Shown here: in pieces, positions 48,917 to 59,419 of the stretch
How the letters are laid out: every line of letters begins with the position of its first letter
How positions within the stretch are numbered: the stretch's first letter is position 1
Assembly: GCA_019058245.1 (NCBI GenBank)
Contig: JAHPZJ010000015.1
Coordinates: 1-64,000, forward strand
Direction of reading: 5' to 3'
DNA from: Promethearchaeota archaeon
GTDB lineage: Archaea > Asgardarchaeota > Lokiarchaeia > Sigyniarchaeales > SOKP01
Length of the DNA: 64,000 nt
Notes under the pieces: model-generated
Told to the model about the DNA's origin: nothing
What the model saw: the letters and a program-made list of their open reading frames with translations, nothing else
Database searches by the model: none
Program-made: the position numbers and the translations under genes

Positions 48917-49723
48917 TTAAAGTGTAGTCTTTTTCTGAAAGATTCTAATGCCTAAAATGATAAATATAGCCGCAAATGCTAATATCATTAAGATTCCACT
49001 CCATATAGGAAAGAAAGTAGCTACAGAGGTGGGAGTAATAATAGTACCACTATACAATAGATCAGAGAATGAATCTCCTACAACAGTTAATTGAAGATAA
49101 ACCTGTTTAACCCAATATTGTGGAGTGAAAAACACGCTCACATTATCTAAAGGAAAAAATGAACCCGAAACAAACATTAAGCACATGTGACTTAACATTG
49201 CAATCCCATTCGCACCTTCAGGAGAATTAAGAAAACTCGCAATAATAAGACCTAATCCAATTGATGCGATACCATAAATTAACGCAATTAAGTATCCTAT
49301 TGGCATCATTGCAAGTTCGAAATGAGCCCCTAAAATCCCATATCCAAATAAGTATATTAAAATAATCTGTAGATTCATAAAAACTCCTTCAGATATAACA
49401 GCTCCTAAAAATACATTTCCACGACTTACAGGCATAGCATCTATACGTTCTAATGTTCCATCCTTTTTACTCATTGAAAACATAACTGCACTTGTCACGC
49501 AGGATATCCCAATTGTATATACAACTATTCCAGGAAACTCCACGTCAAAAGTGGTCAATCCATTTATCAAATAACTACCATCATCCGCACTGAAGGCTAG
49601 TTTATAGACAATTAACATCATAATTGGAAATGCAATAGTCCAGAACATCGAACTATAGTTCTTAAGTTTTTCCTTTATATTCTTCTTAGCTATATACCAT
49701 GCTTTTAAATCAATTGTACTCAT
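48917..49723 (-). CDS. ABC-2 type exporter permease
   Basis: Six TM segments, GTLERIDAMP and SGSFFP motifs; coupled to the ATPase gene. Confidence 0.85.
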   Translation of the reverse strand: MSTIDLKAWYIAKKNIKEKLKNYSSMFWTIAFPIMMLIVYKLAFSADDGSYLINGLTTFDVEFPGIVVYTIGISCVTSAVMFSMSKKDGTLERIDAMPVSRGNVFLGAVISEGVFMNLQIILIYLFGYGILGAHFELAMMPIGYLIALIYGIASIGLGLIIASFLNSPEGANGIAMLSHMCLMFVSGSFFPLDNVSVFFTPQYWVKQVYLQLTVVGDSFSDLLYSGTIITPTSVATFFPIWSGILMILAFAAIFIILGIRIFQKKTTL

Positions 49724-50733
49724 TAGTCGCGAAGCCCCCTTCCAGTTAATTTTAAAAATATATCTTCTAGAGAATCTTCTCTAAAGTGTAAAGTTTTAAA
49801 CGATTCTATCTTTCCTAAAATTTCATTCTTAAGTGTCTTAACGCCTCCAGTAAATGAGATAATTAACTTATTATTCTCCATTTCTGTAATATTTTTCACG
49901 TCAGTTATTTGTTCTAACCTGTTTTTTGCTTGAATGAGCTCTTTTCTTGAAGAAAAACTAAACTCAAGAATATTCCCATTATTTGAATTACTTTTTAGTT
50001 CATTTACCGTTCCGAAAGCAATAATTTTACCATGATCCATAATTGCGATATGATCACTTAAAACATCAGCCTCTATCATATCATGAGTAGTAAGGATGAT
50101 TGTCATTCCTGTCTTTTTAAGATCCTTGATAAAATCCCAAACAAGGCGTCTAGCTTGGGGATCTAATCCTGCACTTGGTTCATCAAGAAAAAGAATTTGT
50201 GGTTGATTAATAAGGCTCATTACAATATTTAATCGTCGTTTCATTCCCCCAGAAAAGGATTTTGCAGACTTTTTTCGTCCAGCAATATTCATTTTCTCCA
50301 ATAAGATTTTCGTACGTTCTTTTATATCATCAGTATTCATACCATGCATACGACCAACAAATTCTACATTATCCTCTGCTGTTAAGGCTTCAAAAACAAC
50401 ATTTTCTTGAGGACATACACCAATAAATGGTTTAATTTTATCTTTTTCTTTTATTAGGCTATATTCCGCAATTCTAGCGTCTCCGTTTGAGGGTTTTAAT
50501 ACGGTGGTAAGCATTCTAATTGTTGTAGATTTTCCTGCTCCATTTGGACCTAAAAGAGAGAAAAGTTCACCCTTTCGAACTTTAAGACTAATACCATCAA
50601 CTGCTTTAACACTATTGAATGATTTTTCTAGATTTTGAACTATAATAATATATTCAGTTGAAAGTTTATTCTCATTGAATTGATTATGATCTGAAGATAA
50701 TATTATTGCTTCTTTTTTTGTTGATACATTCAT
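49723..50733 (-). CDS. ABC exporter ATP-binding subunit (DrrA-like)
   Basis: GPNGAGKST, FSGGM, LDEPSAGLDP and TTH motifs. Start likely ATG 50733. Confidence 0.92.
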   Translation of the reverse strand: MNVSTKKEAIILSSDHNQFNENKLSTEYIIIVQNLEKSFNSVKAVDGISLKVRKGELFSLLGPNGAGKSTTIRMLTTVLKPSNGDARIAEYSLIKEKDKIKPFIGVCPQENVVFEALTAEDNVEFVGRMHGMNTDDIKERTKILLEKMNIAGRKKSAKSFSGGMKRRLNIVMSLINQPQILFLDEPSAGLDPQARRLVWDFIKDLKKTGMTIILTTHDMIEADVLSDHIAIMDHGKIIAFGTVNELKSNSNNGNILEFSFSSRKELIQAKNRLEQITDVKNITEMENNKLIISFTGGVKTLKNEILGKIESFKTLHFREDSLEDIFLKLTGRGLRD

Positions 50734-50769
50734 AATTTTAATTATAATTAATTTGAATAAGTTTCTTCC

Positions 50770-50805
50770 ATAGACCAATTTTTAATGTATAGACCAATTT
50801 TTAAT
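50770..50805. promoter_or_regulatory. Tandem 17-bp direct repeat upstream of the ABC exporter operon
   Basis: ATAGACCAATTTTTAAT at 50770-50786 and 50789-50805. Confidence 0.55.
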
Positions 50806-51087
50806 ATAATTATAAGAAATTAATTTTTTTAAAACGTGAATATAATATATCCTAGTTTTAATTGACTAGAATTAAAATCTTCAATTAGAAGATGTTGTTT
50901 TTAAATGAAAATAATAGATTTCTGGGAAATTAATATTTCTTTATTAAGGAATTTTAGAGTTTTTTCATATATATAACATTCTTTGTATAGATTAAGTCTG
51001 CTGTGTAATGATCTTCCCGAAAAATTAATAAATGAGTACTCTTGAATACTCAAGATTTCTAACAAAAATCTAAAATAAAAAATGATT

Positions 51088-51981
51088 TCACTTTATAATG
51101 TAAACAAGTTTTTGACCTTCTTGTTCTTCGAGGTCTAGTTCTCGTCTAATTGCATTTCTGATTAAATATCCTCCAACATGCAATATTGAATCTTTAAGAA
51201 TAGAATCTTGATCCATTGAAGCATTACAAGGATAAGCATGATGTGCTTTACTTATTCTTTCATTCAATGAGATATTATTACTTTTACCATTCTTAAAATA
51301 TTTGGATTTTAATTGTTGGCAGATATAATAAGTGCTACCACAAGGAGCGCTTTGAATTACGCAAGTATCTTCAATTGAAGTACCATCCTTGCTTAGTAAG
51401 AATGAAACAATAGGTACTCCAATTTTAAAGTAATTTATAAATTCATGAATAAAATTATATTTTTTTGTTAAATTAAAGCCAACTTTATTATATTCATTTA
51501 GTTCTTTACTTAGCGCACAAAAAGGTTTAGGAAATGCTGCTTGAATCCCATATTTTTCGAATTCTTCTAAAATCATTACTTGCAGTCCTGATGGTACCCA
51601 TTTTGGGTCTTCAATTGGCACTATAACTGCTTTAATCCCTTTATCCTTGAGATAATTAGGAAGATCTAAAAGTAAATCTTGATGAATACCAATAACCAAT
51701 AGAAAGTCAACAGGTGGCAAATTCTTTGGTAGATATTCTGTTGAGTCTTCAATAAATTCAGGAATGTTTTCACCTAGTTTCTCATAAAAATATAATGAAT
51801 TGGCAAAACTCTTTAAATGTTCCCTACATTTATCACATTTCACATTTTGTTCTAAATCCTCGCAAGCTTTACAGAATTCTTCATTATTTATAAGATTGCC
51901 AGCAAATTTTTGAGCAAGCATTTCTGTATCTGGACTAGTCCCATAAAAAATACCTAATTTATAATTATTGTTCCTCAACAT
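51088..51981 (-). CDS. DUF166-family protein
   Basis: FPKPFCAL, SAPCGST and HHAYPCNASM motifs. Confidence 0.7.
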   Translation of the reverse strand: MLRNNNYKLGIFYGTSPDTEMLAQKFAGNLINNEEFCKACEDLEQNVKCDKCREHLKSFANSLYFYEKLGENIPEFIEDSTEYLPKNLPPVDFLLVIGIHQDLLLDLPNYLKDKGIKAVIVPIEDPKWVPSGLQVMILEEFEKYGIQAAFPKPFCALSKELNEYNKVGFNLTKKYNFIHEFINYFKIGVPIVSFLLSKDGTSIEDTCVIQSAPCGSTYYICQQLKSKYFKNGKSNNISLNERISKAHHAYPCNASMDQDSILKDSILHVGGYLIRNAIRRELDLEEQEGQKLVYIIK

Positions 51982-52106
51982 TGCAATGGAATAAATCCTA
52001 TTTTTTATTTATATTTTTAATAAATTATAAAAGATTTAATTATTGAGCTGAACATGTTCAATTCTGGGTAATTCCAGGCTAGAATTAAATATCGATTAAC
52101 TTTTTC

Positions 52107-52562
52107 TTATTCCTCAAAAAAAGCCATAGTACTTTTACTTTCTTCTACTTTTACTGATATTTTTTTATTTCTATATATTTCTTTTAATTTTTCATGGATA
52201 TATTTTGCAAGAAGCTCGCTTGTTGTGGCAGGTAAAGGTAAAAAGAAAACATCCTCTCGAGGAAAAACATATCTTTTGTTTGATCCAATAATTTCTATGG
52301 AATCTTTCTCCTCCCGTATTTCTAATTCATCGGATTTTGTCGGTATTAAAACATAATGATCCATAGGTTTAATTATAGAGATTAAATTTTCCTTTAAATC
52401 AATAAAATCTACAACAAAATTATTTTCATTAAGCTTATCACTTATTTCAACAGATACATAATAGTTATGGCCATGCAACCTTGTACATTGAAGTGGTTCT
52501 TTTAAAAAATGACAAGCACTAAATTTAATTTCTGATGATTCGACAAATACTTTGAATCCCAT
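52107..52562 (-). CDS. queD: 6-carboxy-5,6,7,8-tetrahydropterin synthase (QueD/PTPS)
   Basis: FSACHFL, CTRLHGHNY, VDF, MDH and TTSELLA motifs; divergent from queC. Confidence 0.88.
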   Translation of the reverse strand: MGFKVFVESSEIKFSACHFLKEPLQCTRLHGHNYYVSVEISDKLNENNFVVDFIDLKENLISIIKPMDHYVLIPTKSDELEIREEKDSIEIIGSNKRYVFPREDVFFLPLPATTSELLAKYIHEKLKEIYRNKKISVKVEESKSTMAFFEE

Positions 52563-52782
52563 AAAAAAATGCCCCCACCGTATTTTTTTTGTTTTTACTA
52601 TTTTTGTATTGTAGAAGCGCTTTGGTATTTTTATATTTTATGCTTAGATACAATAAATATAAAAGAAGATTTCATAAAAATAAGTCATACAAAATAAACT
52701 ATAAAATGTAAAAAAATAAATTATTCTAAGATTCAAATCTAGATGAGTATCATCTTATGAAAAAAATAAAAATGTACTTATA

Positions 52783-54351
52783 ATGAAAAACAAGAAATTA
52801 GCAATTACCGGTGCCAATGGATATTTAGGAAAACATACAATAAAAGCAGCAATTCAAAAAGGATGGGAAGTTGTTGGAATTGTGAGACGAGATGATGCCG
52901 CTAAAGAAGTGGAAAACCTAGGTGCTAAACCAGTGATAATCAAGGATTTTTTAATAGAACCTTTGAAAAATGCGATAACAGGGTGTAAAGCAGTCTTGCA
53001 TTTTAGAGGAGTTGTGTGTGGTTCTAAAGAAACTTTTGAAAGAGTTAATATTCAAGGTATGCGTGTTTTAGTTCAAGCAGCTTTAGAAGCAAAAGTATCT
53101 AGAATAATCTTTCCTTCAGGTTTGGGCGTTGATAAGTATGGAATAGAAGAATGGGCTAATAACGCATATTTCCATTCTAAGAACATGGCTGAACAAGTTC
53201 TTAGAAATGGAAGTGTTCCTTATATAATTTTTAGACCTTCCTATATTTTAGGTCCTGAAGACGAATTAATTCCAGAATTAATTGAACAACTAAGAACAGG
53301 TATAGTTCAAATTGCTGGAAATGGCCAAACACCTATGCAACCGATTTTTGTCAAAGATGCAGTTGAAGCATTTTTAGCAGCTGCAGATGGTATTGGGGAA
53401 AATAATCAAATATTCGATCTTATTGGCTCGAAAATAATAAATATGTTAGAATTAATCGAAATGGTATTAAAGAATATGATTGAATTAGGATTTAATATCC
53501 CTCAACCACGTATCTATAATATAAGATTTGAAAATGCTCCAGAACAATTAGGAATATGCAAAGAAATGATTGATGTAATGAGATGTGATATTACTTCAAA
53601 TGAAAATATTGTTTCTAAAGCTTTAAATTTTAAATTATCAGACCTAGAAAAAGCAATAAAAGCTGCTATAGTCGCAAAAATGTTTCCAAAAGTAAAAGAA
53701 AACAATAAAAGGGGAATTTTATTGTTATCGGGAGGTATTGATTCTGTTGTTGCACTTTATTGGGCACTTCATAATGGTTATGAAATAATAGCACTTTCAT
53801 TCAATTATAATCTCCGACCAGAACAAGAAAAAAAAGCAGTTAAAAAGATAACTGATAACCTGAATATTAAATTAATCGAAGTTCCATTACAGTATATTAA
53901 GGAAGCAATAGATTTACGAATAGAAGGATTTCCCATTCCCTCAGTGATTCAAGCTCCTGAAGGATATATACCATCCCGAAATCTTGTCTATTATTCTATT
54001 GCATCATACTTTGCTGAAATCTATGGTTGTAATTTTATAATCGGTGGACATATCTCAATAGATCCGATTAAATTTCCTGATGCTGATCCAATCTTTTTTA
54101 AATCATTAGAGCAATTAGTCAATAAAGGAAAACATAACAAAGATAAAAGTATCATAAAAATTGTATTACCTCTTTCAAAAATGAATAAAATTGAAGTCAT
54201 TAGCTTAGGGAATGATTTGAATGTTCCTTTCAATTGGACTTGGAGCTGCTATAGTGATGGGGATCAACCATGCGGTAAATGTTCTTCTTGTCGAAATCGA
54301 GACGAGGCTTTTAATAATTTAAATTATTCTCAACCAAAATTTTCTTTATAA
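52783..54351 (+). CDS. queC: Fusion of an atypical SDR (NAD(P)-binding) domain and 7-cyano-7-deazaguanine synthase QueC
   Basis: N-terminal TGANGYLG, YFHSK, RPSYILG, QPIFVKD; C-terminal LLSGGIDS, YIPSRN, FPD, TWSCY..CGKCSSC. Confidence 0.85.
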   Translation: MKNKKLAITGANGYLGKHTIKAAIQKGWEVVGIVRRDDAAKEVENLGAKPVIIKDFLIEPLKNAITGCKAVLHFRGVVCGSKETFERVNIQGMRVLVQAALEAKVSRIIFPSGLGVDKYGIEEWANNAYFHSKNMAEQVLRNGSVPYIIFRPSYILGPEDELIPELIEQLRTGIVQIAGNGQTPMQPIFVKDAVEAFLAAADGIGENNQIFDLIGSKIINMLELIEMVLKNMIELGFNIPQPRIYNIRFENAPEQLGICKEMIDVMRCDITSNENIVSKALNFKLSDLEKAIKAAIVAKMFPKVKENNKRGILLLSGGIDSVVALYWALHNGYEIIALSFNYNLRPEQEKKAVKKITDNLNIKLIEVPLQYIKEAIDLRIEGFPIPSVIQAPEGYIPSRNLVYYSIASYFAEIYGCNFIIGGHISIDPIKFPDADPIFFKSLEQLVNKGKHNKDKSIIKIVLPLSKMNKIEVISLGNDLNVPFNWTWSCYSDGDQPCGKCSSCRNRDEAFNNLNYSQPKFSL

Positions 54352-54462
54352 GAATTTTAATGCAAATTATAAATTCTTTTTTCCAATTGATGAAAGATAT
54401 TAAAATCAAGATTAATATCTTATAAATAGAAAATCTAAATAATTCAAAAATATTAATTCTAT

Positions 54463-55119
54463 ATGACTGAAACTGAAGATTTGCCTGATGTAGAGGATTA
54501 TCAAGACATTATTGTAATATGTCCAAAATGTAAAACTAAAAAAGAATTAAAAATCCCTACCAAGATTATTAATCAAGCAAAGCAATTAACAACAGTTTCT
54601 ATCCCTTCAGGAACAGTTTGTGAGCATAGTTTTCAATCTTTCGTAGATAAGAACTTTAAAGTAAGAGGATATCAGACGGTAGATTTTGAATTCTCTCATA
54701 TGGAATTTTATGAAAGTAGAGATATTCAATCATCGGAATCAGATGATGTAATTGCTCAATTAAGTTCTCAGCAATTATTTCAAGATATTATTAAATTATT
54801 GAGAAGTTTTGTGGATGATAAAGAAATTCTCGGAAGTGGTATATTTACGGTGGATGGTCATATTCTCTTTTCATCACTTCCAAGTAATACACTCTTTTCA
54901 ATAATGAAAGAATTCGAAGTGAGGAGCAAGAAGAAATTAAGCAGCTTAAAGAAAATGTACCTTGAGCTTGAGAACGATCAGAAAATTTGTTCTAATTATA
55001 TTGAAATACAAGATATTCAATTAGCAATTGTCTTATTTTTTTCTCAATCTGTAAAACTTGGTATGGGAAATTTGTATCTTAATGACCTAGTAAAGAAAAT
55101 TAGAAAATTGGAAAATTAA
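54463..55119 (+). CDS. Zn-ribbon protein with C-terminal roadblock/profilin-like domain
   Basis: CPKC...VCEHSFQSFVDKNFKVRGYQ; ILGSGIFTVDGHILFSSLP. Confidence 0.65.
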   Translation: MTETEDLPDVEDYQDIIVICPKCKTKKELKIPTKIINQAKQLTTVSIPSGTVCEHSFQSFVDKNFKVRGYQTVDFEFSHMEFYESRDIQSSESDDVIAQLSSQQLFQDIIKLLRSFVDDKEILGSGIFTVDGHILFSSLPSNTLFSIMKEFEVRSKKKLSSLKKMYLELENDQKICSNYIEIQDIQLAIVLFFSQSVKLGMGNLYLNDLVKKIRKLEN

Positions 55120-55249
55120 ATGGTTAATCTAATTTCTTAAGGTTATTACTTCTTATATTAAATATATTAAAGTTTGCATAAATAGGTATAAATATAGCTA
55201 TAATTATGTGCTTTATAAGAGCAAAAAGTTAAAGACTATTTACTTAAAA

Positions 55250-56089
55250 ATGGATCTTCAGAAAATCAAAGATAAAATGATTCAGGACTTACACGAGCAG
55301 ATCCCTGAAATAAACGATGAAAATATAAAAAGTTTTTCTGAATTACCAAGTAAAAAAAATTCTGTAATTAGTCTAGCTTTTAATAAAAAACCTTCAACAT
55401 TGCCACAAGAAGTAGTGGTTAAAATATTTAATAATAAGAATTTTGCTAATGAAATAAATATATTAACTAGATTAAAAAATCAAAAATTTCAAGTGCCAAG
55501 TATTTTATTTTTTCAAAAACCCTATTTAATCCTTGAAAAAGTTAAGGGCACTAATTTATGTGATTTTATTAATGATAAATTAAAGGGTGCTCAACAATTG
55601 GAAGATTTGGATCTTGCTGTAAGAAACCAGATTATTAACAGTATAGAAAAACTAGCTGAATTTCTTGCTCAATTCCACGAAAAGAATTTTGTAAGAAAAG
55701 TAATAAAATCAAAAATGAAATTCGTTCTATGTAAAGGAGATACAAGATTGAGAGATTTTATTTATGATTTTACTAATGATGTTATTTATGCTCTTGATTT
55801 TGAAGATGCTTATGAAGGAAATCATATGGACGATTTAGCATGGATTTGTACTGCTCTTCTCGATACTAACCCTGGAATTTTTGAAATGGAAGAACCTAAA
55901 CATAAAGTTGACCTAATCAATAAATTCTTGAGAAAATATTACCGTATAAATCATAACTTTCCTTTTGATTTTAACTACCTAGCAGAAAAAATTATAGAGT
56001 ATTTGAATATTGTCATTGAAAGACGAGATTTACATTATGGCATAATAAGTAAAGAGAAATTAATAAACAATATTTCAAAAGAGATTTAG
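55250..56089 (+). CDS. Atypical protein-kinase-like (APH/RIO-like) phosphotransferase
   Basis: VVVKIF, NEINIL, LEKVKG, KGDTRLRDF, LDFE and DDLAW motifs. Start uncertain (55208 or 55250). Confidence 0.7.
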   Translation: MDLQKIKDKMIQDLHEQIPEINDENIKSFSELPSKKNSVISLAFNKKPSTLPQEVVVKIFNNKNFANEINILTRLKNQKFQVPSILFFQKPYLILEKVKGTNLCDFINDKLKGAQQLEDLDLAVRNQIINSIEKLAEFLAQFHEKNFVRKVIKSKMKFVLCKGDTRLRDFIYDFTNDVIYALDFEDAYEGNHMDDLAWICTALLDTNPGIFEMEEPKHKVDLINKFLRKYYRINHNFPFDFNYLAEKIIEYLNIVIERRDLHYGIISKEKLINNISKEI

Positions 56090-56185
56090 TTTTTTTTTCA
56101 TACTTTCTAAAAATCAAAATTTAATAATGCACACACTATTATTTTATAAAAATTTAATAAAACTTTTTTTAAAGGTGTAATAAAT

Positions 56186-56935
56186 TTGAGCACTTTAACA
56201 GATGCTAAATCTAGTCTGAAAAAAATTATGTCAATTATTGAAGAATTAAATGGATTAAATTCCGATTCAATTCCTAAACTTCAAACTCAACCAACTAATC
56301 TGCTCGAACAGATAGGAAACCTTGAAGAAGCTAAAGCTAGTGACCAAAATTCTATTGAAGCTAATGATGATGAAACTAATTCATTAAAAAATAAAATTTC
56401 TCAAAATCAACGAGATATTGCTTCTTTGGAAGAAAATAATACTGAATTGACAACTCAACGTCAAGCACTCCTTGATAAAATTCAAGATACTCAAAATGAA
56501 CTAAATGAAACTCAAACAAAAATTACAGCACGAAGAGAAGAATTAGCAGCTCGTAGCAGCCGATTGGCTGAGTTAGAAAATAGACTTTTAGAATTAAAAG
56601 ATCTTCAAGATAAATTTGATAATAAAATGAAAGAACAAGAAACTCAATTGCAAGAAGAATATAATAAAAAAGAAAACTTCAGTAATTCATATGCTATGCG
56701 AGCAGCTGCAATGAAATCTTTAATTAAGGCAGGATATATTCAATCACCACAACTAAAGGTGATTAACTCATTAGTGCCTCAAACAACTTTAGAAATAAAG
56801 GGTTTAGTTTCAGCTAGTGGTTTAAGAGAAGATGTATTTAGAAATATAATTGTTAAAATGATTCAAAAGAATGGACCACTCGAATTTGATGAGGGAACTG
56901 GGACAGTTACATTAAAGGAGGAGGTAGATTTCTAA
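56186..56935 (+). CDS. Long coiled-coil protein with C-terminal winged-helix-like domain
   Basis: Heptad-rich E/Q/K/L region, then LKVINSL...IIVKMIQKNGPLEFDEGTGTVTL. Confidence 0.7.
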   Translation: MSTLTDAKSSLKKIMSIIEELNGLNSDSIPKLQTQPTNLLEQIGNLEEAKASDQNSIEANDDETNSLKNKISQNQRDIASLEENNTELTTQRQALLDKIQDTQNELNETQTKITARREELAARSSRLAELENRLLELKDLQDKFDNKMKEQETQLQEEYNKKENFSNSYAMRAAAMKSLIKAGYIQSPQLKVINSLVPQTTLEIKGLVSASGLREDVFRNIIVKMIQKNGPLEFDEGTGTVTLKEEVDF

Positions 56936-57663
56936 TGGGCTCACAAGAAATTCTAGCGTTAATAGAACAATTTGAAACTGCTTATGATACCTATTGGCAA
57001 GTTCTGCAAAAACGTAATGAAGAAGTTCTCTCTCAATTAAAGGAAGCATGGCGATATATGCAAGCAGAACAAAAAGAAGAAGAGATAACAAAAGAAAAAT
57101 TATCTGCACAAAATTCGGAACTAACAGAATTAAGAACAAAATCAGAAGAATTGGATAAATCAATTGAAGGATTAAAGGCAAAAAAAGATGAATTAAATTC
57201 AAAAATATCTGAATTAACTAATACCTTGGAAACCAGCGTTAACGATTTAAAAAAACCCTCTTTTGAACTTACACAACTTGAGGAAAAACTTGCAGCCGTA
57301 AATGAAAAAATTACCGTGAAAGAAGAAGAAAAAACTGTAATGGATCAAAAGACAGTTGAAAATGAAAACCGAGAAGTAGAATTAAAAAACACCTATCAGA
57401 AAAAGATGGACGAATTAGAAGCAAAAATTGATCAATTGAGGCAAGAAAACTTTTTTACTTCCTTTTTAATCGAAAATTCGGACGAGGAAATTCATGAAGT
57501 TGATATTCTCGCTACAATTATGGAAAAGGGGGAAGCTAAATTAGATGATTTAAAGAAACTTCTTGATGTTCCACCAATAATGGCTGTTCGCACTATAAAA
57601 CAGTTAGCTGTTAAGGGAATTCTCAATCTCGACGAAAATAGTGGGAAAGTAACATTACCTTAA
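56935..57663 (+). CDS. Long coiled-coil protein with C-terminal winged-helix domain
   Basis: Overlaps the previous stop (TAATG); coiled coil, then VDILATIMEKG...AVRTIKQLAVKGILNLDENSGKVTL. Confidence 0.7.
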   Translation: MGSQEILALIEQFETAYDTYWQVLQKRNEEVLSQLKEAWRYMQAEQKEEEITKEKLSAQNSELTELRTKSEELDKSIEGLKAKKDELNSKISELTNTLETSVNDLKKPSFELTQLEEKLAAVNEKITVKEEEKTVMDQKTVENENREVELKNTYQKKMDELEAKIDQLRQENFFTSFLIENSDEEIHEVDILATIMEKGEAKLDDLKKLLDVPPIMAVRTIKQLAVKGILNLDENSGKVTLP

Positions 57664-57877
57664 ACAGTTTTTTTTTATTTGTTTATTTTTATTTTTTTAA
57701 TTTCCTAGTATTTACCAGAATTTTAGAAAAAAATATCTATTAAATATTCTAATTTTTACTTTTGATTATAGTTTCAGAAGGCTTAAAGGAAAATATCAAT
57801 TATTTATTTTAAATTTCAAACTTTTATATAAAATTTTTATGAATCACCACTTAGAAAAACACTACCTGTAATAGCTT

Positions 57878-58972
57878 ATGAAGAGATTAAAAAGTATTGA
57901 TATTTTTCGGGGTTTAGGAATGGTTTATATTATGGTTGGACATATGATAGATTGGTGGGCCATAGAAGATTGGTTATTTTATATATTCGTATCCCTGTTT
58001 TCAGCTTTAGGGGCGGCAGGTTTCGTTTTTATTTCGGGAGTAAGTACAATGATTTCTTATAAAAAAAGAATTGATAGAGTTAAAACAGATGTAAATTATG
58101 GTTATAAAACGGTCAAAAAAGAGTATATTATTAGAGGTTTTTTAATTATGGGCCTTGGATTAATTTATAACTGTGTTGTCGCTATTGAATTTCTTGATCC
58201 TTTGTTAATATGGAAATGGTTTATTATTTTAACAATGGCGGTATCCATTCTCTTAGCCTGGCCATTACTCAGAACTTCAAAAACTATTAGAATTATTTTT
58301 GCTGCTATAATCTGGATTGTTAATCAAGTAGTATTGGCATTTTTAGTGAAATTCGAAGGAGAATTTGATTTTTTTGGGATTATTTTTTATATATTATATA
58401 ATTCTCTTGACCAAAATCCTATCTTAGCCTTCTTTACTTTTTTTATCATAGGTACAGTTATAGGAGATATAATTTATGATTATTCAAATATAGAGATCGA
58501 AGCTGAAAGAAAAAAATTTTTTAAAATGAAAATTATTACCCCTCTTTTAGTATGTGGTGTAATTCTGATTGCAATAAGCTTTTGTTTTTTACTTCCTAAT
58601 TTATTTACTGAAAAAATCCTCACAATTAATACTAATATCTGGTGGTTAATTTATACTTTGGGATTAGATCTAATTATATTTTTAATATTTTTAATCCTTG
58701 AAGACAAAAATATTTTTGACACTAATAAAGACTACAAATTCTTATTTTATTTCTCTTATTACTCTCTGACTTTGTTTCTATTGCAAAATGTGAATTATTT
58801 TTTATTTTTAGGTTTATTAAATAGATTCAATATCTGGTTTTTCATCATAATAACAATAATAATTTATGGTTTTTTTTTAAGATTAATGTACAAAAGATTC
58901 GAAGGTAAATTTTCATTGAAAGTACAAATTGGGAAATTAACCTTATCAATAATGAGAAGATTTAATAATTAA
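57878..58972 (+). CDS. Membrane acyltransferase (HGSNAT/DUF1624-like)
   Basis: RLKSIDIFRG..M..GH and FVFISGVS motifs; multiple TM segments. Confidence 0.75.
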   Translation: MKRLKSIDIFRGLGMVYIMVGHMIDWWAIEDWLFYIFVSLFSALGAAGFVFISGVSTMISYKKRIDRVKTDVNYGYKTVKKEYIIRGFLIMGLGLIYNCVVAIEFLDPLLIWKWFIILTMAVSILLAWPLLRTSKTIRIIFAAIIWIVNQVVLAFLVKFEGEFDFFGIIFYILYNSLDQNPILAFFTFFIIGTVIGDIIYDYSNIEIEAERKKFFKMKIITPLLVCGVILIAISFCFLLPNLFTEKILTINTNIWWLIYTLGLDLIIFLIFLILEDKNIFDTNKDYKFLFYFSYYSLTLFLLQNVNYFLFLGLLNRFNIWFFIIITIIIYGFFLRLMYKRFEGKFSLKVQIGKLTLSIMRRFNN

Positions 58973-59419
58973 AAATCATCACAATAAATCTGATTGATAA
59001 AGAATATTACTTATTTAACTAATCAGGTTTTTAATTAAACTAATTCTTTATACTTTTTTCTAAATATTAGCTTCATAGTAGCAACATTTATTTGTCAAGA
59101 AGAACCAAAAAATAATTCAAGGGCCATATTAGAAAAGACATATATATTGATATTTAATTTGTGTTCAGTTAAATAATATATAGTTTAAATAAATTCCGCT
59201 TCAAATTCTACACTTTTAAAGAATTTACATCTTAAATATTCATTATATTCTTTTTAATTGTAATTGTTTAATAATCAAGCTGATGATCTGGTATTTTCTA
59301 TAAGTTTAAAATAATATCTGAATTTAAAGAAATACCATAAAAATTGAAAATATAAATTATTTTCTGAGAAAAAGCTATAAAAAAAGGATTAGAGGTGGAA
59401 TAAAATCTCTGATAAGAAA

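Noticed and set aside
56186-57663. SMC, ESCRT-III or CdvA assignment
   Set aside because: No Walker motifs or hinge, and no recognisable Snf7 or PRC-barrel pattern.
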